From Octopus vulgaris (lineage: Eukaryota), in assembly GCA_951406725.2 (NCBI GenBank), contig OX597842.1, positions 30,194,001-30,258,000 of the forward strand: DNA of 64,000 bases, written 5' to 3'. Each line of letters begins with the position of its first letter. Position 1 is the stretch's first letter. Below are positions 24,808 to 38,772 of this stretch, piece after piece. Position numbers and translations under genes: made by a program. A model generated the notes under the pieces. That model searched no databases. It had not been told where the DNA came from and saw nothing but the letters and a program-made list of their open reading frames with translations.

Positions 24808-26388
24808 CTGAAATAAGCATTTCAAAGTTTTATACTTCATAGTAAAATTTCTTTGTCTCTTTTAATAATCTATATTCCATTTTTGTAAGGCATTCATATC
24901 ATCAATAGTCAATTGGTGACCACTATGCTTTCGGTCAACACTTTCTAAGCTGTTACTACATAATAGTTCAATATTTAGAACCACAACAAAATAGGCAAAC
25001 CTTTCGAAATCTCATCTTTCTCTTAAGACATCCTATATACTAATCTAACAATTCTGAAATTCTCTCACTTAGTTATCACTTCATAACACTCTTTTTCTCT
25101 TAGTTTTGTCGTTTCTTTCTTATGTCTTTGCTGGACAAGTTTAACGCAAAATTTCACATTGGTTATTTGTTCCTGCCCATTAGAAAATTGCAGACTACAG
25201 CCTACAAATGACCACAAAAGCACAAATTTCACAACTTTTGAAGTAAACGCAGTGGTGTCACCCAGCACACTGCCTCATGAAAGTCACTGCTAGCTCTCAC
25301 TGTGCGCGCAACGGTGTGCTGCCATCTGTTGGCATGCTACAGAACTAGTCCATGAACTTTCTGATACCACCTTGGAGCAACGACCAGGCTTCATGTTCGA
25401 ATTAAAACGAATCAACTCAAAAGTAAAACCAAAAGGTGAAAGAGTCAGAAAACAATGTCTCTTTTAGCAGTAATCACATCTAAAAGCTAACGAGTGTGAG
25501 TATAAAATGTCTAAAAGGATGGCAAACCTTATAACAAGTGTCAATCATATATAGTTACGAACAAGGAGTTGCATGTTCAAATCTCACTGGAACGCATATT
25601 TTATTCCTATCTGTATATTTTATGTTAATACCAATACTTTGTTTAAATGTAAACATGCTCAGAGTTCAATACTCAATTTAACGAAAGTTATTTGAATATC
25701 AATATTTTTAAACAGATTTAATATTATATTGTTTTCAATTTATATCTAAAATATATATTCTAACCAGAGACATTCTGGGTATATACCCCCCCCCCCCCAA
25801 GAAACACCATGTCTACACAGGTGGAACAGAAAATGGTAACAGGTGTCCTCAAACACTGTACACTTGCATAAAAACCCCATTAACTACATATAACTGTTCA
25901 TCCATATAATTTGCAGTGCAAATACCTGAAAAGGCACAAAAAAACTGCTTCTCAAGAATCTAGGATATTTCTCACAACCTTCTTCTAGACATCAATCAAA
26001 GTTTCCTCACTCGTTTAATGACCCCTCTCTGAATCTGTCACATTGCAATGGGGTGAAAACCCAGCTACAAACAAATTTGAGGACACAAAATTTATACCTC
26101 TGTACAAGGGTTTGACAGACACAAACTGTCTTTCCGATGTTGTACTTAATAGAAAAATAACATTACAAGGAATATGTAACACTACTCACTCCCCATTCCA
26201 CCACAAATGATAATTGAGATCAACTAATTGAAAATGCCTCTACAATGTTTTATAAATTACATCTAATTAGTGTTGGTGAAAATGGTTGGGTCAATTTTCT
26301 GCCACTCATTGTGTGATACTAATGTTATTTCATATTTTTTCATTGAATATCTCATCAATAACTTATCAGCTGTTAATATTTGTTGAAA

Positions 26389-27632
26389 ATGTCTCAAAAG
26401 AAATCGATTCTTAAAGCTCAAAGGTCTCAAATCACTGCATTATCAAGTGAAGGATTCTCTCAATTTGAAATTGCAAGAAAACTGAAATGCTTGAGAAAAG
26501 ATTTCCATCAAAAGGTACAATGCGATAAATTATTTCAAAAATTGTAAAGGACAAGGTCGCAGAACGTGTACAACCATGAGGGAAGACAGGTTGCTGAAGA
26601 GGACATCACTGGCGGATGGGAAAAACACCTCTTTTGACGAAGCTGCTGAGTTTTGGGTGGCAACAAAAAAAGATATATCAACTTCAGTGAGAAGAAGAAG
26701 AAGGTTATTAGAAGTTGAGTTCAAAGGATGTAAGGCCAAAAAGAAGCTGTTACTGTCTGAGGGGAACATGACGAAGCAATTGTGTTGGGCAAAAGAGCAT
26801 GAAGATTGGACTGCTGATGATTGGGCTAAAATTGTTTGGTCCGATGAAAGTAACTTTGATATATGTTCTCCACATTCAATTCCACCACTTTACTAGGCAT
26901 AATTGAAGTTCTTACACTTGTACAAATTTTTTTATTTGTTACCAAAAATGATCAGTAATTTTTTGTTTATCTTCAGATCTTTGGAAACTCAGGAGGTGTT
27001 TATGTTCACTGTAAAGTAGGGGAGGTTTATCATCCTGGATGTGTGGTCCCAACAGTCAAATTTGGATTGGGAAGTGCAATTGTTTGGGGTTGCATGTTGT
27101 CTTAAGGCCCTGGAATGTTGTTCACTTGTAAGGGCAGAATGAATGCCCACACTTACACCAACATGTTAGATCAAGTTTATCAACCTTCTTTAGCTAAAAT
27201 CTTCAATGATAACACCCCAGATGGCAAAATCATTCAACAAAATATTTCTGCATGCCACACATCCAGAGTCTCAATGGGTTGGTGAGGAGAAAGGGATGAG
27301 GGTGATGAAATGGCCTCCTTAGTCTCCAGACCTCAATCCCATTGAATATGTGGTGACACTTAGGTGCAAAAATGCTCTTGAAAAAGCGAATTAGAAACCA
27401 AAATTCATGGAGAGTGGCAGAAAACTGACCCAGCCACTTGTGCCAACATAGTCTCAAGTATGCAAAAATGCCTAAAAGCACTTATAAAAGCAAAAGGAGG
27501 ACACATCAAATACTAATTATTGATGGGATCAACTCTAGAATGTTCATCAGACTATTTTCAATTATTAAGTAAATGAGTTTCAATCATATTCCCTATTTTA
27601 TCATAGCTGCTCTATAATTTTGGCCAAGGTTG
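26389..27632 (+). pseudogene. Second copy of the Tc1 relic (from the segmental duplication)
   Basis: Near-identical to 22928-24171, including shared stop codons. Confidence 0.88.
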
Positions 27633-28476
27633 TATATATTTATCAACAAGGATTTGTGTGTTTGAGTCACACTGGGAACTCATCTTTTATTTCTATCTCT
27701 GTATCGTATGCTAGCATCAATACTTTGTTTAAATATAAATACATGTTCACAGTTCAATACTAATTTAGTACTGAATGAAAGAAATTTATTGTTCAATATT
27801 CTTATACTGAGAGATTCTGTGTATACACCCCAACAAAAGATAACTCCTATCAAACATTAGACTGATGTAATTGTTTGATATCTTCATAATATGATAAATC
27901 ATGATGAATTTGTGCAGTTCAACTTTGTAAAATATGTTGAAACTACCCCTGACATCATTTCCCAATTACAACATTTTTTATACACACCCAGGCTGATTGA
28001 TTTAACCGTCAAACTCTGTAAACTTGGTCCTTAAACTCTCAGTTGAGATTTTATCCTTGAATCTCCCACTTTACCAAAGCTGACTCTGATGTTCTTGTAA
28101 GTAACATTCTCTTTAATTATCAGCTCTCCATGATACTGATAAATCATTAATCACCTCTAATCACTCACAATTGAAAGTAAAAGGTTTACAAATAAAACAT
28201 TGGGGATTTGGTGATATTTCAGTTAGTTACCATTTATCTTATATTATCATTCGTTAGTCTTATGTTGCAAAGCACAGTCCTTTTGAAGTGTGATCAATCT
28301 TCTAATTGGATAAAGACAACGTTTAGTGGATGTAGTGATAGATATACTATCACAAAGAAAGGACCCCATTTATGCCAGGTAAGGGCAGATCTGGGTCTCC
28401 ACTACAATATGAAGTGCATTATTCCATACAAGAAAGTTAATGAGACAACAGACAGATCAAGAAAGAATGTTCTTAC

Positions 28477-28619
28477 CAAATCCACTTTTGCTGCGTATGT
28501 GTTGTCGACAGATGGGGCATTGCTTAAATGTCATTTGAGAACAGCAATTCTGACAACAAATAGTATGTCGACATGGATGGAGTGTGACAGTAGCCTTTTT
28601 CTCTTGACACCACCAACAC
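28477..28619 (-). CDS. ANK-RING gene exon 8: C3HC4 RING finger (MIB/IAP-like)
   Basis: ttccacag acceptor, gtaaga donor (phase 1). Encodes CWWC..LHPCRH..CCQNC..QCPIC. Confidence 0.88.
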
Positions 28620-29617
28620 CTGTGGAACAAAATATTAACACATCCCATCATTAACATTCATTTATAATAAAATATTTCGTTGTGGACATGTTTAGAGTAC
28701 AGAATATTAAGGGGCACAACAGTAACCAGCAAGAGTAAATCATAAATTCTTCTGTAAACAATTACATACAAGCAGGTTTGTGTGTATACAAGTGTCACAT
28801 TAACATACACATACAAGGGTGGGCTGAAAATATCAAAGGCTGACTAAGGTGCAGCCTTCCAACATGCCATCCCAGTCAAACAGTCCAATCCATGCCAGCA
28901 TGGACAACAGACGTTAAATGATGATGATGATGATGATGATGACATACGCATTGTTAGTGTGTGTTTTAGGTTATTTTCACATGAAAGCGTACATGACAAC
29001 TGATTGAGTCAGAGAAGAGAGAGAGAAAAAAATTGTTGGTAGACAGATAAATCCTATTTACTTCTAAATAGCAATTTCAAAATGTGTTCGTTCACTTTAT
29101 TATTTAGTACTACATTTTCATGGAGGTCACCGAACTCTAAAATAGTCAGGGATGGATGGTGAGGTATATCTGTCAACACAAGCAATCATGTGAATGTCAT
29201 CAAAATAGTGTTTTTCGTTTGATCCACTAACAACTGTATTTTCTGTTTATTGTTCTTATTATTGTTGTGTGGTCTTAAGGCTGCAAGCTGGCAGAATCAT
29301 TAGCACACGGAGCAAAATGCTTTCTGGCATTTCGTCTGCCTTTACATGCTGAGTTCAAATTCAGCTGCGGTTGACTTTACCTTGCTGTTGATAAAATAAG
29401 TACCAGTTGAAAACTGGGGATGTTGTAATTGACTTATCCCCTCCCTGACCTTGCTGGCCTTGTGCCAGAATTGGAAATCATTATTGTTGTCTTGAGTCAA
29501 GACACTAATGACGGAATAATACATTGGGAGAATTCAAACTAAATAAACATATAAACATGATTATATACAAAAGAGAAAATGTCCTGGTTTATCTTGTCGT
29601 TGCCAGTGAATACTTAC

Positions 29618-29793
29618 AGTGATTGTAAAAATGTTTTTAATTTTTCTTTCAAATGTTGATTTTCTATGCAGTCCAATGGGGTCACTTTCTCATCATTACG
29701 ATGGTATAAGCTGGCTCCATGGCTGGCAAGGTAACCCCCAACTACTATTCCAGAGAGCCTCCTATCCCCTTCCAGTTGGAGCTCTTCGCAGCA
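29618..29793 (-). CDS. ANK-RING gene exon 7
   Basis: tttgcag/gtaagt; YLASHGASLYHRNDEKVTPLD, a Mind bomb-like last ankyrin; phase 0 to 2. Confidence 0.85.
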
Positions 29794-30798
29794 CTGCAAA
29801 TGATGAAATATAAAACGATGAGTAGAATATTACACAAATATATATTGTAGATAAACAAATCATGTCAAATGTAGGAAATATAATAGAACAAGTATCACAA
29901 ATAACAGAACACAACAAACCAACAAGAACCTATCTTTACAACAGGCTTGATAAAGCCAACTGGCCAGAACAAAAGAAATACTTATAGAAGAGTATTGTAT
30001 ATATAAATATAACACAACAACATAACAACAATGGCAAGCTACATTTTGTTACACAAAGGCCATTTTAATTACCATGGGGGTCGTGTGATGGTCTATGGTC
30101 ACTCAAGATTTTCTGTAATTCCTTGTGGAGATTTTAACTGGTCGCAACAAGAAATATTTTTTTAACTACATATATACTCCTACTTGAATTTGTTTACCAT
30201 CTGCAAAACTGCCATCAAAACTCAGATTTTTGACATCTTCAGATCTGCATCTATGAAAGCAGTCACCCATATTTTCCTAATGGTAATTTCGATAATCCAA
30301 ATATTGATTGGGAAACCTTTCACTGGTCACAAAGTGCAACTCATTTCCATAACAAACAATGAACAGAGAACACCAAGAATATAATAATTTCTTCAGACAC
30401 AGCAACAAAACCAACACCAGACAGACATATCCAAGCCTTTCAATAATGTTTCCAAAATTTATAAAGAAACATTTTTGGCTGATGAAGTGAAGTAAAGATT
30501 TGTGTGGTGGTTGAGGCAACACACCAACACGTTATAGTCAAGAAATTGTTGAAACTGTTAGTCTGATAGACAATTCCTATAATAATGGGTCGTTGACTGG
30601 TAGAGTAGCTTCTTCTCACCAAAGTAGACATTACAACAATACACAGGTGACCATCAACTGTCTGAAATAGTCACACATCTGTAGTGACCGTTACATATTT
30701 GGGAATCAAAGTGTTGCTTAAATTCTGCAACAACAGATAATAAACACCATCAAATCTACCAGTGGATAGATGCTGATGTCTTTCAAACAAACAAACAA

Positions 30799-30836
<38 letters not shown>

Positions 30837-30837
30837 G

Positions 30838-30980
30838 CACCTAGAAGTAGTTGATAGCTACTGTTATCTAGGTAATCAAGTCAGTAGTGGAGGTGGATGC
30901 GCCAAGAGCATAGCTGCTAGAATAAGATTAAGCAGGGCAAAGTTCAGAGAGCTTCTATCTTTGTTGGTAACAAAGGTCCT
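30838..30980 (+). mobile_element. RTE LINE fragment
   Basis: LEVVDSYCYLGNQVSSGGGC..AKFRELL matches the ORF at 59310-59450. Confidence 0.8.
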
Positions 30981-31254
30981 CTATGACTATCTGTCTAATT
31001 ACATCGTCATTCATACAATCTCGTGACATCACACTTTTGTGCGCACATCTTAATGTAAATTCATTCTCATCACATCTCCCTTCTTTACAATCATTACAAG
31101 GGGTATTACTGTAGTCAATATACACACAAAGACCAAGCCCTGGCAATATTTGGAACCCTAATTATCAACTTTGAATAAACTCAGTTATATATTCATTATC
31201 ATACTGATAAAAGAAACTTTCTTCGAAGTCCATTCTCTTTTTCTCTTTTCTCTT

Positions 31255-31651
31255 TTCTCTTTTACTTGTTTCAGTCATTTGACTGCGGCCATGCTGGAGC
31301 ACCGCCTTTAATCGAGCAACTCGACCCCGAGACTTATTCTTTGTAAGCCCAGTACTTATTCTATCGGTCTCTTTTTTGCCGAACCGCTAAGTGACGGGGA
31401 CGTAAACACACCAGCATCGGTTGTCAAGCAATGCTAGGGGAACAAACACAGACACACAAACAAACACATATATATATATACATATATACGACAGGCTTCT
31501 TTCAGTTTCCGTCTACCAAATCCACTCACAAGGCATTGGTCGGCCCGGGGCTATAGCAGAAGACACTTGCCCAAGATGCCACGCAGTGGGACTGAACCCG
31601 GAACCATGTGGTTGGTTAGCAAGCTACTTACCACACAGCCACTCCTGCGCC
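31255..31651 (-). mobile_element. SINE family A, full length
   Basis: Reverse complement of 4147-4545. Confidence 0.85.
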
Positions 31652-32276
31652 TATATATTTTCTTTAAATTTAATTGTCCATGAACGAATTTATTTTCCTT
31701 TTCCTTTCTTTGAAAAAGAATAATGAAATATGCTTTCTCGCAATTAACACAGTTCAACTCGTTTAACTTGAAATTCGATATTTAAAACAGTTTGTGAATT
31801 TCTCTTTCTTAAATTTAAAGACTTATCTCTGTCGTTGGTCACCTCTCCTTCATACAGTGATGGCAGTGTTTACATGACACATATTTAAGACAGGTTACCT
31901 TCTTTACAGTGGAGTGGCCATGCTTTTGAAGGTGAAAGGAGATGGAATATTGTTAGTTACATAATACAACTAGTGCTATCAGGAGAAACTGGATTATTTA
32001 ATACTAAAGGAAGAGAAGTGGATGGGAGTGAAAGAAAATAGCAAACAATGTCTGCCTGTTTCTCTCTCTTTCTCTCACTCACACATACACACATCCTCCT
32101 CATCATCATTTTACATTCGTTTTCGATGCTGGCATAGGTCGGATGGTTTGGGAGGAGTTGGTCAGCCACAGAGCTGCTCAGGCACCAATTGCCAGTTTTG
32201 GCATGGTTTCTACGGTTACATGCCCTTCCTAATGCCAACCACACACACACATTCACAAACAATTTTAAAAACTTAC

Positions 32277-32486
32277 CTCATCTAAAATGGGAATATGTTC
32301 CTTTTCAGAATGAAATTCCTGTTTCTCTGCTGCAATATGCAAACAATTATTGCCATCCTTGTCGACGGCATTTATGTTTGCACCGCACGTGGTAAGTTTG
32401 TGGACTATTCCGATGTGGGCTGCATACACGGCTTCCAGTAAGGGTGTTCTTTTATCATTATTCTCAATATCCAGTTTCACTGAATC
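32277..32486 (-). CDS. ANK-RING gene exon 6 (ankyrin repeats)
   Basis: cacaaag/gtaagt, 210 nt; RTPLLEAV..GANINAVDKDGNNCLHIAA. Confidence 0.88.
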
Positions 32487-33179
32487 CTTTGTGGAAGTAA
32501 AAATAGAAATTGAAAATGTACATGAAAATTAGGGTGGATGTGACATTGCTGTCTTCTACTGGGTACTTGATCAACCTGATCATGTACATTTGATGTTTGT
32601 TAGTGTAGTCAACCTTCTGTAAAGTCCCTCTATAACACGCTATGGATATTTGTTAGGGACATGATAAATCTATTAAGATGTCATAAACAGATTGTTTCAG
32701 CCTCATCTTCATTTATCCCTCACTATATAGTATGTTTTAGGGGACTAGAACAAGAGTGAAAATATAATTAGCAGATCAAGTCTAGTAAAGACGAATTATA
32801 TACTTAGTGTAAGCCTTTCATGTTGCTATGTTAATAAGGGATCCATAAAACGGGGGAGTTGGTTAGTGTCCACATCCCTACATCACTGTACATACAGATG
32901 CATAAATATATTAACGTTATGGATGTAACATGCACACACACACACACACACACACATTCATATAACAATCAAAATTGCCACTGAAAATATATATATATAT
33001 ATATAATATATAAATATATGCATATATACATAAATATATGTACATACCTACATATATATATATGTATATATATATATATACATGCATATATGGGTACAAG
33101 ACATAAAAAAAAACGAACACAATGAGAAACGAAAACATAGAAATGAACTTTTCTTCGAACAACTAAAAAAAACAAACAG

Positions 33180-34240
33180 ATCTCTTGGATCCACTTTAGA
33201 CAGCCTCTCCTTCTCTCACGCGTTCTCTACATTTAGGAGCCTTTCATAGTGGCACTTCCAAGCCTATTTCTTTGCAGAGTCAGTAACTGCAACGGAGCCA
33301 TCATCCATGTGAACACACTTCTCTCCCACAACATCACAATTTTCCTTGGTAAGCCAAAACACTTCAAATCTCTGCTCCTCACATTGCAAGACATTGGCAA
33401 ACTTCTTCCTTTCTGCTTCACTCATGGCTGAGTATACCTGCTTCCTAGCTTCCTTTCTAACTGCCTGATACAACTCCCAGCTGCCACCACCCTTCCCATC
33501 CTTGTCCCTGTCAATTACCCTTTTCCACCACCACATCACCCTATGCCTGGCTGGGACATTGCACCAGCCACAAATTTGGTCTGAAACTCTCAGCAAGTTG
33601 TCCCATTGGAACTTCCACTTATCCTCAATGCTGCAAGTCTGAAATTCCTCCTCCTTCCCATTATATGCTTCATTTAGGACATCACTAAATTTCTGACTAA
33701 TTGAAGGTTCCTTCAGCTTCCATACTCTTCTTTTCCAAACTGGCTTGCTTCTTGGAATCCTTCAAGCCAGTAGCTTGAACTCCCTAATGAGTAACCTATG
33801 CTGTGGGCTACATTCTTCTCTATTGAAGGCCTTTGCATTTATGAGCAGCCATGAATCCTGCTTTTGGGTGAGAATGTAGTCAGTTTGGTGAGCATGTACC
33901 TTGGATTTATAGGTTATCAAGTGGCTGGCCAGCTTTCTGAAGCAAGTGTTGCGATTATTTGGTCATTTGCACCACAGAACTCCAGTAGCCTTGCACTCCC
34001 CTCATTTCAGGAACCAAATCTGCGTCCCCCATGGAAGATACCTCGGTGCTGCCCAACATATCCATTGAAATCACTGGCCACGAAGATAAGGTCACAGTCA
34101 TTTATCTTTGAAGTGGCCAGCAGAAGAGTGTCATAGAAGTAGCCCTTCAGTTCATTTGGCAGACCCAGTTGTCTGTGTGTGTGTGGGGGAGGAGCGCATA
34201 GGACGAGATGATTGTTGCTGTGCCTACATTGACTGCAGCT
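33180..34240 (-). pseudogene. Old degenerate RTE LINE (APE and linker region)
   Basis: DQICGWCNVPARHRVMWWW, VVGEKCVHMDDGS and neighbouring segments are homologous to the 56735 ORF, with many stops. Confidence 0.85.
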
Positions 34241-35177
34241 ATCAGCATCTGAAAAGGTTGTTTATGGACACCTGTAAATAGGAGTTAATCAGGTATTGTC
34301 ACCACCAGCAGTGGAGGGTGCCGCATCCTGGCATTCATGCAATGCAATGTTAATACAAATACAGGTAAATAAGGTAGGTAGACAAATACAGTAAGGGTAG
34401 TTAATCCGTTGAATTAGGTAGGGAGAGGACAAGGGAAGTTGATTCATCATGTATTGATGGTAATGGATTAACGAAGCAATAGGGACTGAGTGCAGCGTAC
34501 CCTCATTTAGCTTTGTTGCTGGGGACAAGGACTTTTAACTTTTCTCTGTTGCATAATCTCAGCATGCAATGTGTCTGGTACGAATAACTCTGTGTGTACA
34601 TAAACATATACATACATATATATATATAAATATATATTGACCGTCCAACCCATGCTAGCATGGAAAATGGACGCTAAACGATGATGATGATGATGATGAT
34701 ATATATATATATATACACACATACATAGACATTTATACATATGTACAGAGGGGAAAAAGTAGCCAAAAGAAGCCAAATAAATTATTGGACACAAGATAAA
34801 ATGCCGACACCAACAATGTACATATATAACATATCACACACACATACAACATGACAGAGCGATATTAAAAGATGATGATGATGATGATGATAGTATATAT
34901 AATCTGATATATATGGGTTGAATTCATAATGACCTTGTTTTGTCTGACCATTGAAGATAGTACTGTCAGCAGTGGTGGTCAGTTGGACTGTCAACACCAC
35001 TACTACTGTCATCATTGTTATCACCAATATAATTATTCTTCACAGACCCAAGACCTGCCGTTTAAAGGCTGCTGCAGTGAAGTTGATTAAACCCACCCAG
35101 CAGAATTTCACTGGTATTTTGATGATATTAATATTGAATATTAAAGACAAGATATAATTATGTATTTGTTAACTAAC

Positions 35178-35214
35178 CTGGGCCAGCATTGAAGCCACCA
35201 CATCATGTTGTTGC
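35178..35214 (-). CDS. ANK-RING gene exon 5 (37-nt micro-exon, KQQHDVVASMLAQ)
   Basis: ctttctataactttcag acceptor, gttagt donor. It bridges phase 2 to phase 0 and completes an ankyrin helix. Confidence 0.8.
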
Positions 35215-36934
35215 CTGAAAGTTATAGAAAGAGGAAAGGAAAAAAATAATTATAATCAGATTAATTAAAACAAATGTAATTGGGTCATTACAACCTAATT
35301 GCATCAATAATTACTTACACACATACATACATATATATATATACACACATACATACATATATATATATACACACATACATACATATATATACACACATAC
35401 ATACATATATATATATACACACATACATACATATATATATATACATACATACATACATATATATATATACACACATACATACATATATATATACACACAT
35501 ACATACATATATATATACACACATACATACATATATATACACACATACATACATATATATACACACATACATACATATATATATATACACACATACATAC
35601 ATATATATACACACATACATACATACATATATATATATACACACACACACACATATATATATATACACACATATATATATATACATACACACATATATAT
35701 ATATACACACACACACATATATATATGTATATATATACACACATACGTAATACACAAATACATACATACATATATATATATACAAAATAAGAAAATGGAG
35801 AAATACACCTTAATCAATAATCAACTACCAGATAATACCCAATCACATAATTTATTAACCAACTACATATGAACATCAAGGTCAAACATAATAGTACAGA
35901 ACAAAACAATGCACATCAATGAGTAATATGATACAATAAGTAAAGGAACCGAAACATGTAAAATTCATAAGAAAATTAAAATTTATCGAATATAGTAGCG
36001 TTTTCAAACCTCTTTTTTACAAATATATATACATATATAAACAAATACATATACCCGAAAACAACCACGCACACATATATGTATATATATATATACACAT
36101 ACATACTGTTAACTAAAATAGTATTAAGAATCATTAAAATTAAGATAATATTAATTGTTAATACAACGAAAGGGGTTGGAAGGGCAATTCGTAATATACA
36201 AAAAAGAGGGGCCTAAAAGGGTAGAAAAAGGTAAGGGTTAATAAAAGGCAAAGGTTGGAAAATATTGAGATAAAATTTATAAGAAGGGTATAAACTCAAA
36301 ACCCAGATTTACCATAACCAGTGTAAAGAAGATGTAGGTTATTTGCATAAGATACATAATTAAAAATTACACCACATATTCCGTAAACAATCAGAAGACT
36401 AGGAAACCGTCCAGATATCAACACTTGTAAATTTTATCTGAATATTTTCCAACAGTAATCAGACACAAGAACAGGAGTAAAGAGGGAGGACAATTTATTA
36501 AATGAACCCCTGGATATTACTGGTACAGATTTTGAGCCCAGGAGTTGAACTTGGAACACAAACGGATCAAAGTAAGGGGATGATTCTGCATTTAGCCCAG
36601 GGCCAGAGGAAAGAGGAAAATTTCAAGAGAAGGGGGGGGGTGAGGTGTTTTACATGGAATGAAAGGAAGAAGGGAGAGGATTTGAACCTGTAACGTTGAG
36701 GTAACGAAGGATGAGATGAAGTAAAGAATCCAGTCAGGTAACAACAACAACAACAACAATAATTATGATGATTAATTATTGAAGTTAGATTACAGTGTCA
36801 TTAGAGTGAGAGAGAGAGAGAGAGAGAAGTGAAGCATGACGACCCATGGTGGGATTATGACATGAATGACTCGAAACAAGAAAACAAAGATTAAAGAAAC
36901 AGATTTGGATAATCCAAATCCATTGGGGACTTAC

Positions 36935-37293
36935 TTTCGAACTGCCAGATGGAGAGGGGTGTTACCCTCTTCGTTCACCTTATTGGCATCGATGCCATTC
37001 TGTTGCAGGAGAAGTTCAACAACTTCCGTGCGTCCATGAGCAGAGGCAATATGAAGAGGGGTGTGACCTTGCTTGGTCACAGCACAGATGTCAGAGCCAT
37101 TCTGTTGCAGGAGAAGTTCAACAACGTCCTTGCTTCCATATTGACAGGCAAGATGGAGAGCTGTGAAACCTTTGTTCTCCACAGCATTAACATCGATGCC
37201 ATTCTGTTGCAGGAGAAGTTCAACAATGTTTATTTGTCCATAGCGACAGGCATAATATAGAGCTGTCTGACCCCTATTATTTCCCTGATTAAC
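36935..37293 (-). CDS. ANK-RING gene exon 4 (3.5 ankyrin repeats)
   Basis: tttttag/gtaagt; contains GQTALYYAC, GFTALHLAC, GHTPLHIAS and GNTPLHLAV. Confidence 0.92.
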
Positions 37294-37740
37294 CTAAAAA
37301 AGATAAACAATAAAGACATTAAAGATGGTGTTTATTGGGGGAAGAAGGAAAAAAATGAAAAATGTCAGAGAAACAGAATCAGATTAATTTAAACAGGTGG
37401 AATGAAGGTGAGGGGAAAATAAATGAGATTTATAATGTATCTATACACACACACACACGTGTATGCATATATATATACTCTCGCACATACATATATACAT
37501 AAATACCTATATATACATACGTGTTTTATATCTTCACTGATCATTTGTTTATGCATTTTTGTGTATATATGCGTTTATGTGTGTGTATATTTGTGTATGT
37601 ATGTACAGGTCTGTGTGAGCTGAAGAAAAGTTTTTAATTAAAAACATATAAATATAAACTGTTTCATATACATACAACACAAACCAACATACATATCATT
37701 ATACACACACACACATATATATATATATATATTCGCTGAC

Positions 37741-37897
37741 CTGTAAATTGTTATTTTCTTTGCTATTTAACAGGACTTTGACTACATCTTCATATTTATT
37801 TACCACAGCCCGATGTAGAGGTGTGTTGCCAAATGAGTTCTGCTTATTAACATTTGCTCCACTGGAGACTAAGAAGGCCACAACATCCGTTTCGTGG
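37741..37897 (-). CDS. ANK-RING gene exon 3
   Basis: cctttcag/gtcagc; VVAFLVSSGANVNKQNSFGNTPLHRAV. Confidence 0.9.
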
Positions 37898-38044
37898 CTG
37901 AAAGGAAGAAAAACAAACATAAAACATCACATTCACTTAATAATTACATTAAATATACACTCGTGTTCCATTAAATGCATAAAAACCTATGTATACTACA
38001 GCCTCGTGTGTGTATATATATATATATGCAAATATGTATTATGT

Positions 38045-38772
38045 AGAGGCAAACCTACACAAATGTGCCCCAGGCGAATGTTTCCTTGTAACTTCTAGAA
38101 AAATGGATGTTTTTCAATGAAATTTCTTTCACAAATATCCTTCAGATGGCAAATATTCCAATTATATCGGAATTTGTTGTGAGAAAAACCTTTTCGGTGG
38201 GTGGAGAGAGAAATTTAGGAAAGTTCACCCGAGTCGGCTTTCTTTCCAAAAAAATAGATATTTTCAAATGAAATTTTCAATAAAACCGTTTCAGATGGTG
38301 AAGATTTCGATTATATCGGAATTTAATATGAAGAAAATTATAAAAATTGGTGGATTCGCACAGATATACACTGACACAAAACAGAAAATAAAAAGATGAA
38401 CTTTGGGAAAATAACCGTGATGTGTGTCAGTATGTATGTGTGCGAAACCATCAAATTTTTAAAGTTTTTTCATGTTAAATTCCGATATAATCCTAATCTA
38501 CACCATTTGAAAGGGATTTGTAGAAATTTTCACAGAAACAAAATATCCACTTTTCTGAAAGTTATAGAAAAACAAAACGGATTTGGGTGAATTTTGAGAA
38601 AGTCAACTCCTCAACGTTTGAAAATTTGTTTTTACAACAATTTCCGATATAATTGGAATCTTCATCATCTGAAGCATTTTTGTCAAAGAAATTTCATTAA
38701 AAAATATCCATTTGTCTCAAAGTTATAAGGAAACAAATTCGTCGTGGGGCCCAGTTGTGTAGGTATGCCTAT
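38045..38772. mobile_element. Foldback-type MITE with long imperfect TIRs
   Basis: Ends ggcaaacctacacaa / ttgtgtaggtatgcc; inverted internal subrepeats (attatatcggaa / ttccgatataat); TA-rich flanks. Confidence 0.75.

Larger units (their letters stand above)
20514..27740. repeat. Tandem segmental duplication (copy 1 ~20514-24276, copy 2 ~24277-27740)
   Basis: Matching ORFs offset by 3461-3462 bp; junction at aataaaaatccctttatt; copy 1 has two extra 151-bp units. Confidence 0.92.

Noticed and set aside
28208-28654. 148-aa plus-strand ORF
   Set aside because: Antisense shadow of the RING exon, with no recognisable motif.
34500-34590. Possible extra minus-strand exon
   Set aside because: No ankyrin similarity, it contains stops, and exons 5 and 6 already join in phase.
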